63,350 nt of DNA, filler included, from Pelomyxa schiedti (GCA_020536535.1; 6 parts of 6 records of this genome joined end to end with filler, not necessarily neighbours in it); one strand, 5' to 3'; positions 22,932 through 36,630 are shown, numbered from the whole stretch's first letter. Numbers and translations are program-made. The notes: generated from the letters alone by a model not told the origin.

Positions 22932-25383
22932 TTATGTTGATGTATCTTTCATCAGTGAAGGGTGCCACAGACCCAGCCACATCTTCATCTCATGTGTCAG
23001 TGTGTTCCTGTTGATTTTCCGAGGCCCACAGTAGTCTCGAACCTCATCCAGTGTGATCCCACAATGACTGATGGCGTGCAGCACGGAATGTGGCGACTGT
23101 ATCACAAGCATCATCATCATGGTTTTCTGTCTGATCAACTTGGTGATGCTGGGGAACTTGTTGACAAGCATCTGCAACGATGAAAGGTCAATGTTGTTGT
23201 TTGGTTTGCACCACTTTTTGGCCATGTCCAAAATCTGTAAAGATGTGGGGGTTGTTGGAGTGAGAGGGAAAAAAAAGGATGGTACACACATCAGAGGGAG
23301 GGATGGAAAAGGACTCAATGAGCCACTGTGCGCACCTGTTCTTCCTCCTCGAAAGGAGCTTGAACAAGATCAAATGCGAGCACCTTCTGATGTGTTCATA
23401 CTCGAGGTGATACTCACTGATCAGCCACTTCACGATCTTGCTTGAGTGTGGCAGTGGGAATGGACCAGAAGTGAGGCATTTCACAATCAATTCCCTTGTG
23501 GCAGTGGTGGAAGTGGATGGAGTGCCAGCACAACACCTGTTCAAAATGTGCTGCAGGGTCATTGCATCTCCTGAATAGATGAACTCCATCACCAATTTCT
23601 CAACAAGAACTGGATGTCGCTGTGGTTCAAACCCAGTGAAATAATCCAAAAGAACAACAACAGCTTGCAGATGGCCAGAACCGAGAGCACCCAAAATGGT
23701 ATCAACCACAAACATGTCATGTGATGAGCTGTCCATGACGGGATGTGAGAGGTGCTCGATGAGCCACTTCAAACCAGCAACTCCATCACCCGCACCATAG
23801 GCACCAATGCAGGTTTCAGCCAATGTGATGCGTGCAACCTCAGGGTTGGATTGTATTCCATCAATCACATGGAATGACTCCTCAAGCCAGTCAGCAACTT
23901 CTGTGTTGTTCCAGAGGAGTGCCTCCTTCAGAGAACGAAGTGCATCAGACTGAGAGAGTGTCACCCTTGTTGACAGCCACTTTGCCAAGGAGGAACCGTT
24001 TTTGGGGGATGTGGAACATGCTGCAGCAAATGTGTCAGGTGATGGTGCAAATGACTCCTCAGTGACGAGCCACTCAGCGAGAGCGACATCACCATGGTAT
24101 TTCAAGAGGTTGTTGATGCTTCTTTCATCCCTGTGGTCAAATGGGAACACCCTTGTTGCCAACTTGAACACTTCTGCGTTCTTGATTTCTCCATAGGGCG
24201 GAATCCAGTTCCTTCTTGTTTCCTCCTCCAAGGCGTCCACCGCCCACTGGCAATCTTCAACTTTGCAGTCTTTATTTCTCAACAAGTGATAAATAATGTT
24301 ATGGTCAAGCTCGACATGGAAGCTGTCAAGAACCCACTTGGTGCAGCCAGGAACTGTGCCACTGGCACACTCCACAACAAGATCAAGAGTTTCGAAATGG
24401 CACTCACCATGAATCCACTCCAAGACTTGCATCTTTCCATTTGCTGCGGCACTGCACATTGGCCCGTACAACATCCACCAGTCGTCGTTCCCAATTCCCA
24501 GAACACCAATCAGCCACTTGAGAGCCTCCAAGTTTCCCAGAGCACACACACCCTGAATCAAGTTATACTTCCCACACCCTGCCCTCACGTACTCCAAAAC
24601 CCTCTTCCTCAGTGCACCACTCATCTCCTCTGCACAATGATCACCACCACCGTCGCTTCCTGTGCTCTGACTGCTGTTGCTGTTGGTATTGCATGCCCTT
24701 GTCCACCCCTTGACACACCTGCCATCCCACAACATCGGGAAAGTTCCAGAACAGCGCGATTCACCATCGCCAATGAACCTTCTCGCCAAATCGACGTGGC
24801 CACCAGTGCACAGCCCATGCAACACAGCAACAACCTCCTTCACAGCGCGGCCTGTCTCCCACGCTTCAGCATATGACGCCGCGGATTTCCTACTGCTGAT
24901 CGCGGCGCCCCTGCTTCTGATGCTGCTGCCGTTGTCATGGATGTAGCTCAGCATCCACTGTATGCACGATGTGGCCGGTGCTCTGGCAGCGTCGACCAGC
25001 GCGTCATACGACGAGAAACACACACGCAGCGGGGCGTTGATGCCCTCCGGTTCCACGTCTCCTCTGGTGGTGATGCTGTTGGCAGCGGCGATGTTTTTGA
25101 GTGCCCTCTTCGAAACGAGTGCCACGAGTGGGAACATGGCCTCAGCCACCCTGAACAGTGCCACACAGCAGCACATGCCTGCGCCACAACAATTGCTGCA
25201 GTTATTATCGATCCAACCACCCGACACTACCGTGTCCCACACAAGACGGGACACCTCGAGCACCGCGGCGGCGCTGCGTCGGCGATTATGGGTCGTCGCA
25301 GTCGTTGTTGTCGTCTCGGTTGGCGCAGGCGAGGCCGTCGCGCAACCAGTCGCGACTGCCGAATGTGTAGTATCTGTTCTCAT
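22932..25383 (-). CDS. Lineage-specific degenerate ankyrin-like repeat protein
   Basis: 731-aa ORF with repeated helical units (GNLEALKWL, GKMQVLEWI, GDVALAEWL, NNTEVADWL). A probable short last intron at ~23236-23290 leads to the ILDMAKKW... exon. Confidence 0.7.
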
Positions 25384-26720
25384 CGTAACGATTTAATTAG
25401 CGTTAATACACTTGGGGCAAAAGGCGTTTTCCGGAATGAACGCAGGGGAATGGCCACACCCCATCAACATGTTGTGTTTTTCTCTGTGTTACTGCGTGAT
25501 GTGTTTGGAGAACGGAATCTACTCCTCAGAACTCGGAGGTCAGTCAGCCACTGATTCTTTGACGGGCAGAGATGGGTCTGCAGGGTCACAAGAAAGAGGA
25601 GTTGAGTGTGGGAAGGGCAGTATCCATGTCCACTTCCAAACAACCACATCCCACAAGTACAATCACCCAAAAAAAATGTTGTACTTTTGATTGCCAGACT
25701 GAAGAATTACTGGTAACACCCCCAAATAGGTTGCAATGAACATTGCATTGAAATGATGTAAGACCACATCTTTGGCTTTCAATCAGTGTCTCAATGACTC
25801 TTGACCTTTATTTGGCTTCAAAACATGAGAAACTGCACTACATGATTTTTACTCAGTACCACGGTGGTTGGTCTCAATTGTACCAAGAATCTTCAATCAC
25901 TGTGAGTGGCACGTCCTCACGGGGAGTTGTTGCTGCACTTGTTTTTGTAGTTGACATTTAATGTTTGAAAGGGAAGAAGAATATGTTTATTATTTTACTT
26001 GTTCTGAAAGCGGCATTGCTTATAAGCCCAGAGTCCCAGGAATTCCAAGTATTCTGTGGATGTGATGCACAGCGTCAGGTGCCATGGAATTCCTTGAAGT
26101 TGTCTGACTTCTGAGGGTCACTCTGTGCTGACACTGTGATTGCCTTTTTCAGTAAGTCATCACTTTCACACCACTTTGTAGCAAAAATTAAAACAGAGTA
26201 ACATAACTACAGTTCTCCAATCAAGGAATAGAAAATAAACAGTTACAGGCTGCGTGCAAACACAGCTTCCTGGCTTCCCAGGGGCCAAGCCCGGTTCTCA
26301 GTTGAGTGTGCAGCAGTGAGGCCTAAAGGCACACCACCATCCCCAAACAGCCTTTAGTGACAGCTTAGCTCTATGGAACAACACTGGCATAACTGGCAAC
26401 TCATGTGTATTATCAGCAATGCAATTGGGATTGTGATCATAGTACCCATTCCAACAACTTGCAAACCTTCCTTACCCTCAATCACGTTATTCTTTCAACA
26501 CGTGCCCTCACAACTGTGGCACCCTCTCTCTACTTCACAATGCTTACCCCCACTGTTGTATGCTTGAGCTGGTGAGGGTATGCATACCCTCATCCCCCCC
26601 TTGCCTCACACAAGCCAAGACACCTCCAGCACCGCGGGCGGCGCTGCGTTATGGGAATCGGTAGCCGTAGCAGATCCGTAGATTTCAAGGAATACCCCTA
26701 CGCGTCGACCGTAATTACGC

Positions 26721-27916
26721 ATGTCCGACAATCAACAAACGACGAACGACGTCCCTGTGGTGGTGATGGCAACTGGCACCACGACGGCTGTGAGCCAATT
26801 TGTTGCCCTTTTGTCGTCGTCCCACGCTCGTTGTGGTGCACACAGCCCGGCGTGGGTCCCATAATGCACTCCATGTGGCGCGACTTGGTGGTGGCCACGG
26901 CGACGCGCTTCGTCGCGGTGTTTGGGCAGTACCTAGCGCCGCCGAGTTCGTGGTGGTCGGTTCCCATAACCGTGTCGCCACTGCTCCACAGCGTGCTCAA
27001 CAGCACCGTAACATGCACAAATACAGGATCCCTCAAGTGGCTCACACAGCGCGTCGTGATGAAGACCGAGTACCTTGGGGTTGGTGCTGCCTCCGTTGTG
27101 ACTGCTAGACAGATGGATGGCCGTCCCACAATTGTCTTGCAGACTGGCCTACGGAGCGTGACTAGTTTTACCAACAGAAAGTGGATGATTGTGGCCGAGC
27201 ACCTCGCTGATGACACTGGACGTGCACTGGCCATCAGGAGGCTGCCTCCTGATCATGATTATGGGAGCGTTGTTGTAGTGGAACCTGTTTTGGTGTTCAT
27301 CCCTGAGAGTGACGTGGTTTTCAGCTTCGATTTTTTTGACAACTTGCTTGATACTGACGAGGTTCTGATGTGCAGTTCTGACCTTACAAGGACTTTTTTC
27401 ACATTGATTGATATTGGGAGCTCATTCCAATCAAAGAAGCTTGTTGTGGTGGCTTCAGCACAAGTCAGCTGGGATTCCATTTCACACATGTGTGCTTCTG
27501 CCTGTGCGATGAGGAGAACGAGTGGTGGTGTTGTTTTCGTGGTGTCACCTATTGGGAAGGGTGAGAGAGTTGTGAAAGGGGTTGATGGCGCAACAGGCTG
27601 TGTCAGGCAGCTGTCACATGGGGGAATTGCTGTCATTCAGGTCAGTGCATCTGTGTTCTGTGTTTGCACTGAGGCAATGTCGTCTTATGAGGTGTGGGAC
27701 TGCAACAACCTTGACAGGCCAATGAGGAATGTGGAGACTGGGTCTGTACTTGCTGCCAACCAGGTTGTTGGTGGCAGGAGATTCATGCTTGTGGTACGTG
27801 ATGCTGAGGTTGTGGTGATGGATACTTTGTCAGGCTTCATTGTCACATCTCTTGTTGTTTCCTACCCTTCACCATCAAAGTTGCACCTAAGCAAGTGGAA
27901 CTCCCTTTTTGACTGA
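26721..27916 (+). CDS. Lineage-specific orphan family protein, intronless; frame break near 26850
   Basis: The ATG 26721 frame gives MSDNQQ...AVSQFVALLSSSHARCGAHSPA then a stop at 26862-26864. The body (VSPLL, NRKWMI, IDIGSSF, DTLSG) is in the 26651..27916 frame. Confidence 0.65.
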
Positions 27917-28831
27917 CAGTTTAAAAGGTGTGAGTTGTCCCTCAGTGTTGTCAACAAATTTCGAACTTTTACCCCAAGTCCTGGACGTGTGTAGATAAAC
28001 CGGGGTGAAAGTGAAATGAGAAAAACAGAATTTTTTAAATCCACATTTTGGAGAGAAGTGAGAGTGAAAGAGTAAGAAGGGAAATTTGGGCCTGGTTGTG
28101 CACCCGTCACAGTAAAGTGTGGTTGCTGGAAAGCGGAAAAGCGGGAGAGTGGGTTAGGGAAGTTGGGGTTGGTCAGTCCGGTACCTACAACTGTTCAGCA
28201 ATGACAAAAAAAGGAGAAGGATGTACGTCGGTGGTTGTCATGTCAGCAGCGGCAGGCCAAGTTGACCACCTAAGTGTAAAGCATACCAGTGTCCCAGTGC
28301 TGAAAGAACAGATGGAATTTACCTTGCCCACTGGAATGATAGTTATCTACTATGGGAAAAAGAAAACAAAGAAACAAGAAGCCACATACCAGTGGAAGGC
28401 TCGGAAATACATTAAAGGTGCAGCCTTATTACAAGGCGTAAATGCGTAAAAAATTAATTAAATTAATAATAAATAATTAATAAATAAAATATAAATATAT
28501 ATTAAATATTTAATATATATATGAATTAATTTAATTGATTCAGAAAGAAAACAATTAATATTAGATGGCACGTGATGGAAGAGACAAGGCGGGTACCGCT
28601 TGTTCCTCTTCAGCCCAGGGCGGCATGGTCTCCCCTCGTAGCAGCGATTTTTTTGGTGGTGTGGAGATAAACAAAGAGGCAAGTCACTGCACAGTCCCCA
28701 CAACCCCAAACATGCCATTTATGTCAAGGCCACGCAGCCACAAAACATCAACAAATCCCGGCCAAAAATCGGGCCGCTTCACCCTGCCTTGCTCACTAAA
28801 AAAATTCTGTTTCACTTTCACCTTTTTATTT

Positions 28832-31800
28832 TCATTCGGAGTCGGAACTGCTGCTTGGAGTGTGGTCCACCCAAATGATATCCTTGAGGATTTTCTGTGC
28901 ATACTCATTGCCAGAATTTGCAGCTAATCTGTAAAATGACACAGCAGTCCTTATGTCACTGGGCAACCCTTGCCCACTCTCATGACACTGGCCAATGCAC
29001 CTCATTGCAATTGCATTACCGCATTCCACTGCCTCATACCAAAGAGCGACTGCCTTGGTTATGTCCCGCTCAACACCCTCACCATACTTGTAGCAGAAAG
29101 CAAGGTTGCTGAGTGCAGAAATGTCCCCAGCATCAGCAGCCCTCTGGAAAAGTGAGGCAGCCTTGTGTAAGTCCTTTTCCACTCCCATTCCACGTTGGTA
29201 CAAACGCCCCAGGTTGTTCATTGACTGTGCATCGCCCAGTTCCACAGCCTTCTTGTACAATACAATAGCTCTATTTGTGTCCTGTGCAACACCATCACCA
29301 TCCTCATAACACATCGCAACGGAGCAGAGTGCACCAATTCTTCCAGCATTGGCTGCCCTCTGGTAAAGCATAACTGCTTTGCTTGGGTCTTGTGCTAATC
29401 CACATTCCGCCATGAGGTAGCACGAAGCAAGCCTCGCCATTGCATAACTATCACCAGCATTTGCCGCTCTCTGGTAAAGTGCACCAGCTTTGGTGGGGTC
29501 TTTGGCAACACCAATACCATATTCAAAGCAGGAAGCAAGTTTGTACAGGGCCATGATGTTGCCACTCTCAGCTGCCATCTGATACAGTGTGAATGCTTTG
29601 TGTTTGTCTTGGGGAACACCCCTTCCACGTTGGTAATAGACACCCATGATCACAACTGCATTGGAACAACCCCCACTTGCTGCACCCTCCAAAAGTGATA
29701 TCGCTTTTGTCAAGTCTGGGGAAGGCTCTGATAATACTTTGGAGTGGAATTTTGCCAAGAGTCTCATACATGCCAGCCTCAACAGTGGGGGAGGGGGTGG
29801 TTGTGATGGTTGTTGCACTGCATTTGAAAGGTGAGCCAAGATTGAACTTCCGCAATCTCTTGCGTAGGTCAGCCAGAGTGCAACAAAGAACATGCACACC
29901 CACGATTGGCAACACCTTGAGAGGCCTTCACATGTGATGATAAGGTCTCCCTCTGCTGCATTGTGCCCGCACCAGCCCCCTCTCACAGTGTCCTTTTCCC
30001 CAATCCCGTCACTTGGGTGTGATGATGATTGTGTGGGGTTGGATTCTTGGGTCACACCAAGCCCAGACGCCACAGCAAACAGAAGTTCATCCCATTCCTC
30101 AGCAATGGGTTTGCTGTTGGATGCAAGAATCCTTTCACAGAAGGCACATAATTCCTCAGTCGTGGATGAGGTTGCATGTGAAAAAGCACATGACAACTCA
30201 GCTGGAATCTGATGAAGTGCAAGTTGCTCTTGATTGGGTGTCATATAATTCAGACCACGCAAAAATAGCAATCCAGGAAGGTAATGCTGCTTCCAAAGGC
30301 ACTCATCCCCTTAATTTTGTTTAGACATGGAAATAGTCTGAGTGGAAGGAAACCTGACAGGTTTTGTTCAGAGTTGAAATGTGTACAAGCTTGCAAAACG
30401 AGATCAATGGCAGAGGTTGTGTGTCCCAACTCCCACTCAAAAAGTGCCTTCATCATAATCTCATTGCGTGGATTCACTCCATCTTTTTTATTTGTCAGTT
30501 GAATTTAAATGAGAGAATTCTCAACATGAACAGGCAGAAATCTTGTCAGTCCACATCTGATCATACAATGGCTCCTCCAAAAGCTTCCAAACAACAGATA
30601 ATGACGGTGAACAAGGTTCATTCCTTTCTGACATTTTCTGCAGAGAGTGTTTTTCTTCAACATCAGTGTTACTGAGGAACCTCAACCACAGTGCTGTCAT
30701 CATCAACTCAGGGAGTGTGCTCCTGCGTGGCTGCTGGTTGATGATGATTCTTTTGAACTCTGCTGATGTGGATGTGAATAATGCCCTCCCAGTGAGTACT
30801 CTCGCGATTCCCCTTTTTTCGTCCCTGTTCAGTGAAACAGGTGGAACGATAGACGCAGAGTGTATGCAATGAAGGAGCAACAAAGCTGGTGGAAACGAGG
30901 ATGTGGACTGAAGGGCATGGCGGAGAGTGGAGACACACTCTCCATATGGAATAGACCCGCTGTGAAGTTGGCACATTGCCTTCATTGTAAGTGACCCTGT
31001 GAGATGTGTTAGCGGTAGTGATGGATATAGTAAGTATATAATATATTTCAGTTATTCACTTATTTACCCACCGGCATCCATTGATGAGGGTGCAACATGG
31101 GAGTAAAACGATAACAGTTCTGCCGGACTGGGTGGTTCAACATTTTCAAGGGTTCTAAATGCATCCAGGAGTGTAGTCCTCCTTGCGGGATCAAACAAGA
31201 GTAGCCCGCGAATTAGGTTGCAGAACTCCAGAGGGAACATCGGTGGCTTCATCGTCGAAAATTCTGGATCCTTCCCAGAACTTTTGAACGCGAGCGGAAT
31301 AAGTCCATCAAGGCCGCGGAAACTATTTGGATAGCCCGGGAACGGGTGCTTCCCGCACATTGCCAGTTCAAACAGAACGCAGCCAAGTTCAAATGACATT
31401 TGCTGGTAATGTGTGAAATTTACACNNNNNNNNNNNNNNNNNNNNNNNNNNNNNNNNNNNNNNNNNNNNNNNNNNNNNNNNNNNNNNNNNNNNNNNNNNN
31501 NNNNNNNNNNNNNNNNNNNNNNNNNCCATCAAGGCCGCGGAAACTATTTGGATAGCCCGGGAACGGGTGCTTCCCGCACATTGCCAGTTCAAACAGAACG
31601 CAGCCAAGTTCAAATGACATTTGCTGGTAATGTGTGAAATTTACACAATATGGGGCAGTCAAACCTTTTCACAATTCAGCATTGTGTCCAGGCAGAGTGG
31701 TTGTGAAGAAATCCCGTTGAGAATCTCTGGAGCTGTGCGGCTTTCGTTTTTAGAAGCGAGAACTATCTGTAAAACTTCACTGCTCCTGACTGACTTGGTC

Positions 31801-32945
31801 GCAAAATATTTCAAGGAAGCTTCCAGAATGTCTGTAAGAACTGGTTGTTCTTTGTTCTGTTACATTGTGAGCTTTTGATAGAAAACGTAAATTATACTGA
31901 AGTCACAGCGATAGTGTCCAAGGTCAACCCAAAATGAATGACCTGATGAGCAATGAACAAGTGAACAAGGGCAGCGCATATGTCCCTTGAATACTTGTGA
32001 ACAATGCACCATGGTGTGGTGGTCACAGTTGAGGTGCTCCCAAGAGTAGTCTTCAATAGTTTTCCCAACGTATCAGAGTGGTGTTCACGAACAACGCAAT
32101 CAAATTTGTTCCTCTGTGGATAGGATGCAAGCTCTTCCTTCAGGGGTGTGGATATGTGGTTGTAAAACTCCCTAGGGAGGCTGATGTCTTGGAAGTGACA
32201 GAAATACCTGCAGATGTTTGGGTGGGAATTAATCATCTCATCAGACGCTAAAGTGAGCCCATGCTGCTGCGATACCAATCAGTAACCAAAGAAAATATAG
32301 AAAGTCTCCCTCACCTGAAAGTCGTTCTGGGACGCAGAACCAGAATCCTCTGATTCCGTGCTTCTGGTTCTGGTCACAAGAACTGTTGTGAGAACGTAAG
32401 ACTGGTCCCTGAACAGTTCCGGGTGTTCCTTTCCAATGCATTTCACCTCAAACGCCATCCTGTTTCCACCTTTTTTGTGATTGTTATTGGATTTGTTTTT
32501 CTTGGTGTGTGTTTTTTTTTTGTTTTGTTTTAGCAACCTGAGTATTCTATAAATATCCTCGGCATATTATTAGATAACATGGTCACTATTCCCTACCATT
32601 GACAGCACTTCCCGGATGTGTAGACGGCAGCATGCCCACCACCTTGAAGTTACCCCCCATCTCACAATCCCGCCCGCTCTCGGGCCTGCCGTCGTTTCTC
32701 CCCAGCGCATCCGCCGGCGCCATCGCGGACGCGGTGGCCCCGGCGCCGGGGCGAGGCCTCTTTGGGGGGCCGGGGGCCGCCGCGTCGCTTCGGCAGTTGC
32801 GGCTACAAACCCCGGCGAGGCCACGGAAGTAAGCCAGGCGCTCGAGCTCCGCGCGGCCCACCTCGTCGCCGCTGTGCCAGTTTGTAATTGTGGGAGAGGC
32901 GTGGCGCACCCTGCTCATCACCGCTTCTTCGTCCTCGTCGTTCAT
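28832..32945 (-). CDS. Protein-kinase-like (probable pseudokinase) domain + Sel1-like repeats; multi-exon, spans scaffold gap
   Basis: Kinase-fold motifs HPNICRY, VIHFGL, RTAPEIL, FELGCVLFEL...HPF, LLLFDPARR. About 7-8 Sel1 repeats (YQRGRGVPQDKHKAFTLYQMAAESG etc.). Confidence 0.85.
31426..31525. other. 100-N scaffold gap with ~120-bp duplicated flanks
   Basis: 31306-31425 is repeated exactly at 31526-31645, indicating an unmerged overlap. Confidence 0.9.
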
Positions 32946-33092
32946 CTCAAAAAACGAATATTCGTGGAGAAGAAAAATTCGTATTTTTCTAATGTTTCGG
33001 GATAGAGATAGAAACAGTTTCAAATTAGTTGTGACAAGAAGAAAATCCACACTACAACTTTGCTATTTTACTTTACTTGTGTGAGGGAGGTA

Positions 33093-34060
33093 TTAGCAAC
33101 ACCCACCATCAGTAGTGGGCTTGTCATTTGAACCAAGCTTCAACCCAGTCCTCTCATTGGCACCAGAACCGCCTGAGCCTCCAGTGCCACCACCAACAGG
33201 CCCAGAGGCAAGCCTCACGGCCAGTACATCATGTGCTAGGGCATTGAATACCTCTGTCACATTCACGTTGGTCTTGGCTGATGTCTCGAACAGCTTCAGG
33301 CCTAGGTCCGATGCTAGCTTGTTGCCTTGTACTGGACTCACAACCCTCTGCGGGGCCATGTCACATTTGTTCCCCACCAAGGCTAGGCACACATTGTTGC
33401 TGGTATGCGGCCGGAGTTCTTTTAACCAGTACTGCACCTTTTCGAAAGAGCTGAGGTTGGTAACATCATATACAATCAGGACTCCTGGTTTTGGAGTGAA
33501 AAAAGTTATTTGAAGGGAAAGAGGCACACCATGTGCACCGCGGAAATAAGAGTTGGTGATATTTCGGAATCTCTCTTGCCCGGCTCTGTTTTGTGTGAGG
33601 GAAACTTATAGAAATTTCAAAAAATAATGTAAGAAAGAGAGTGAGAGACAGACGTGTCCCAAATTTGAAGTTTAACAAGCTTGTCATTAATGTTGAGAGA
33701 TTTTAATCTGAAATCAACGCCTAGAGTGTTGATAGTGAGTTGCAGTTAAAGTTTTTTGGTAGCGGTTCATTAGGCATTTTTAAAGCCGATTTGTGTTGTT
33801 AGTGTAATGTGGAAAGTCCATTACCTATTGTAGAGGTAAACGTCTCATCAAAGTAGTTGTCCTACAGCATTTTTTTAGATTTTGTTTTGTTACCATTGTA
33901 TCAACCAAGAAAATTAGGAAAAGGGAAAAAGGGGTGATGATACAGTAAAGCGGCCCATAAGTGCTGTTTTGCCTACAGCGGACTCCCCAACCAACAGGAT
34001 TTTAAACAGAAAGTCGTACTGCTGCTCAGCGAACCCACCACCCCCTGGTTTCTTCGACAT
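33093..34060 (-). CDS. Rab GTPase (Rab1/Rab8 group), multi-exon
   Basis: [57 protein letters not shown], C-terminal GGCC. Confidence 0.95.
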
Positions 34061-34477
34061 TGTCGTAGATCCGGCCGCGTAGCCTTATTTGTCTTTTGTT
34101 TTTTGTTATGTTTGATCGCGCTGCTTTGCCAGCGTGAGCTGTTGCCGGGCTTTTTTTCTTTTTTGTCTTTTTACTTCATCATTCAAGTTCGTTCCCTGAA
34201 CACCCCCATTGAGTTTGGTTGGGGTACCCATATGAGGAGGCGGAATCTCCAAGATGACAGCACGCAAGTAACTTGAACCTCACTACTTGTTATTCATCTT
34301 TTCTGGGACAAGGTAGCCTTGTGCCCCTTCAGCAGATCTGATCGTAAAATATTCGATGCCGGCTACGTTGTCACGACGTGGACTACGTTGACATCCCGAA
34401 ATGCTAATAAGTATAAAAAATAATATTAAGAAATAAAAAAAACACACAACAAACAAAACAAAACAAAAACCGAATAG

Positions 34478-35135
<658 letters not shown>

Positions 35136-35250
35136 CCACAGTGGCCAGAGCGGCCAATGTATATACCACCCCAATGTGTAATAACAAGGCATTCCAAAAA
35201 AAAAAAAATCTTTATTTTGGAGTTAATCATTATGCATTATTATGTGTTAC

Positions 35251-36630
35251 TTAGGAGTTTTCCTCATCTCCCTCAAATGTTGTTTCTTTTGATGCAGATT
35301 TTGTCTCATAATGCGGGGCCCACACACACATTCGAGGAGCATGGAGCACAGCAAGAACAGAACCAGTGACTGAATCCTGGAATGTGAGACTCATCAGGCC
35401 CGGTGTAGGTTCTGTTGTTGTTGTGGTCATCACACCACTCAAGTCACAGGGGTGCACAGATTTTGTGGTGCTTGGAAGGGAATACAGTGGGGTGTCGAGC
35501 GACTTGATGTGGAACAAGTTGCGTGTCCCGGTGGTGGTTGTCTCACAGATGCAGTCAGGGCCTGCAGGAACGATAGTGGATCCTTCTGGGAACTGGTGAA
35601 GGCATTCTTCTGTATCGGCGTTGTAAACCAGGTATGGCTCTGGGGTACTTTCCGGTTGAATAATGAATATTTCTCCAGGGCAAGAAACATATTGAAGGCG
35701 AGATGACGGAATCCAAACATGTGTGAGTACAATAAGAGACCTGGTCTCGAAAGATGCATTCAGATCGACAAGGCAAGCACGCTCAGTGCACTCACCATGC
35801 AACAGCAGTATTTTATCCTCCCGGTCAGCATGAAAGATTCCCTCCATGTACCATACCTCACTGGAAACAGGCACAGACACAAACCCCAAACCACCATTAT
35901 CTTCAGAAGCCTCAGTCTCGCAAGGTGTTGGCACCACCCGACGGTGTGCGTGTGTATTCAGTATCTTAATGTGATCCCAGAATCCAATGACGATCCACTT
36001 GGCGTTGCAAGCCACGAATACACCCCCCATAGGAATCGCAGCTCCCTGTGCCTTCCCACAGTCGTCCAGGACCCTGAGCACAGAATCAAAGGAAGAGTAG
36101 TCGGCAAAGAGGAACCCCCTCTCTTCCTTCCCACCACCACCACCACCACCATCACCAACACCAACACCATCACCAGCGCGGCGGCATACATCCATTGGCG
36201 ACAGAAGCCGATGCTTCAAGGGAGTGACAACCACGTGGCTGTGGACAACACCCAGCGTTGGTGACACGCCAAACCACACGTGCAAAGCCTCCTCTCTCTC
36301 GCGAGGCTCACAATAACAATCACCATCATCATCACGAGAGGACGTTACAGGCAGTGACATGACCATGTGCCTGTGTGCCCTGACCACGTGGTTCTCGCCG
36401 ATGTGCCTCATCAGCGACCCCACGACGGCAACCGCGTGCGCGTCGCATGGTCCCGCCCTGATGTTGTTTCTGGAGCGAGATCGACGGAGTGCGGTGGTGA
36501 CGTCGTCCCTGTTTTCGATGCTATTAACGGGCGACGCCGCGCATGCCAGTGCCACGAACTGTGATTTTGCGTCGATGACCACGTCGAGGTGAGGTGGTGC
36601 CGATCGTGACGAGGAATAGCGATCTCCCAT
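35251..36630 (-). CDS. Lineage-specific orphan family protein, intronless and intact
   Basis: Starts MGDRYS. Motifs AKSQFVALACA, GVSPTLGVV, CNAKWIV, VDLNASF, DSVTGSVLAV. Confidence 0.75.
   Translation of the reverse strand: MGDRYSSSRSAPPHLDVVIDAKSQFVALACAASPVNSIENRDDVTTALRRSRSRNNIRAGPCDAHAVAVVGSLMRHIGENHVVRAHRHMVMSLPVTSSRDDDGDCYCEPREREEALHVWFGVSPTLGVVHSHVVVTPLKHRLLSPMDVCRRAGDGVGVGDGGGGGGGKEERGFLFADYSSFDSVLRVLDDCGKAQGAAIPMGGVFVACNAKWIVIGFWDHIKILNTHAHRRVVPTPCETEASEDNGGLGFVSVPVSSEVWYMEGIFHADREDKILLLHGECTERACLVDLNASFETRSLIVLTHVWIPSSRLQYVSCPGEIFIIQPESTPEPYLVYNADTEECLHQFPEGSTIVPAGPDCICETTTTGTRNLFHIKSLDTPLYSLPSTTKSVHPCDLSGVMTTTTTEPTPGLMSLTFQDSVTGSVLAVLHAPRMCVWAPHYETKSASKETTFEGDEENS

Noticed and set aside
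31306-31645. Exact 120-bp direct repeat
   Set aside because: Flanks a 100-N gap, so it is an unmerged contig overlap and not a biological duplication.
34240-34270. CAAGATGACAGCACGCAAG resembling part of U6
   Set aside because: No ACAGAGA box or other U6 elements, and the match is short and gapped.
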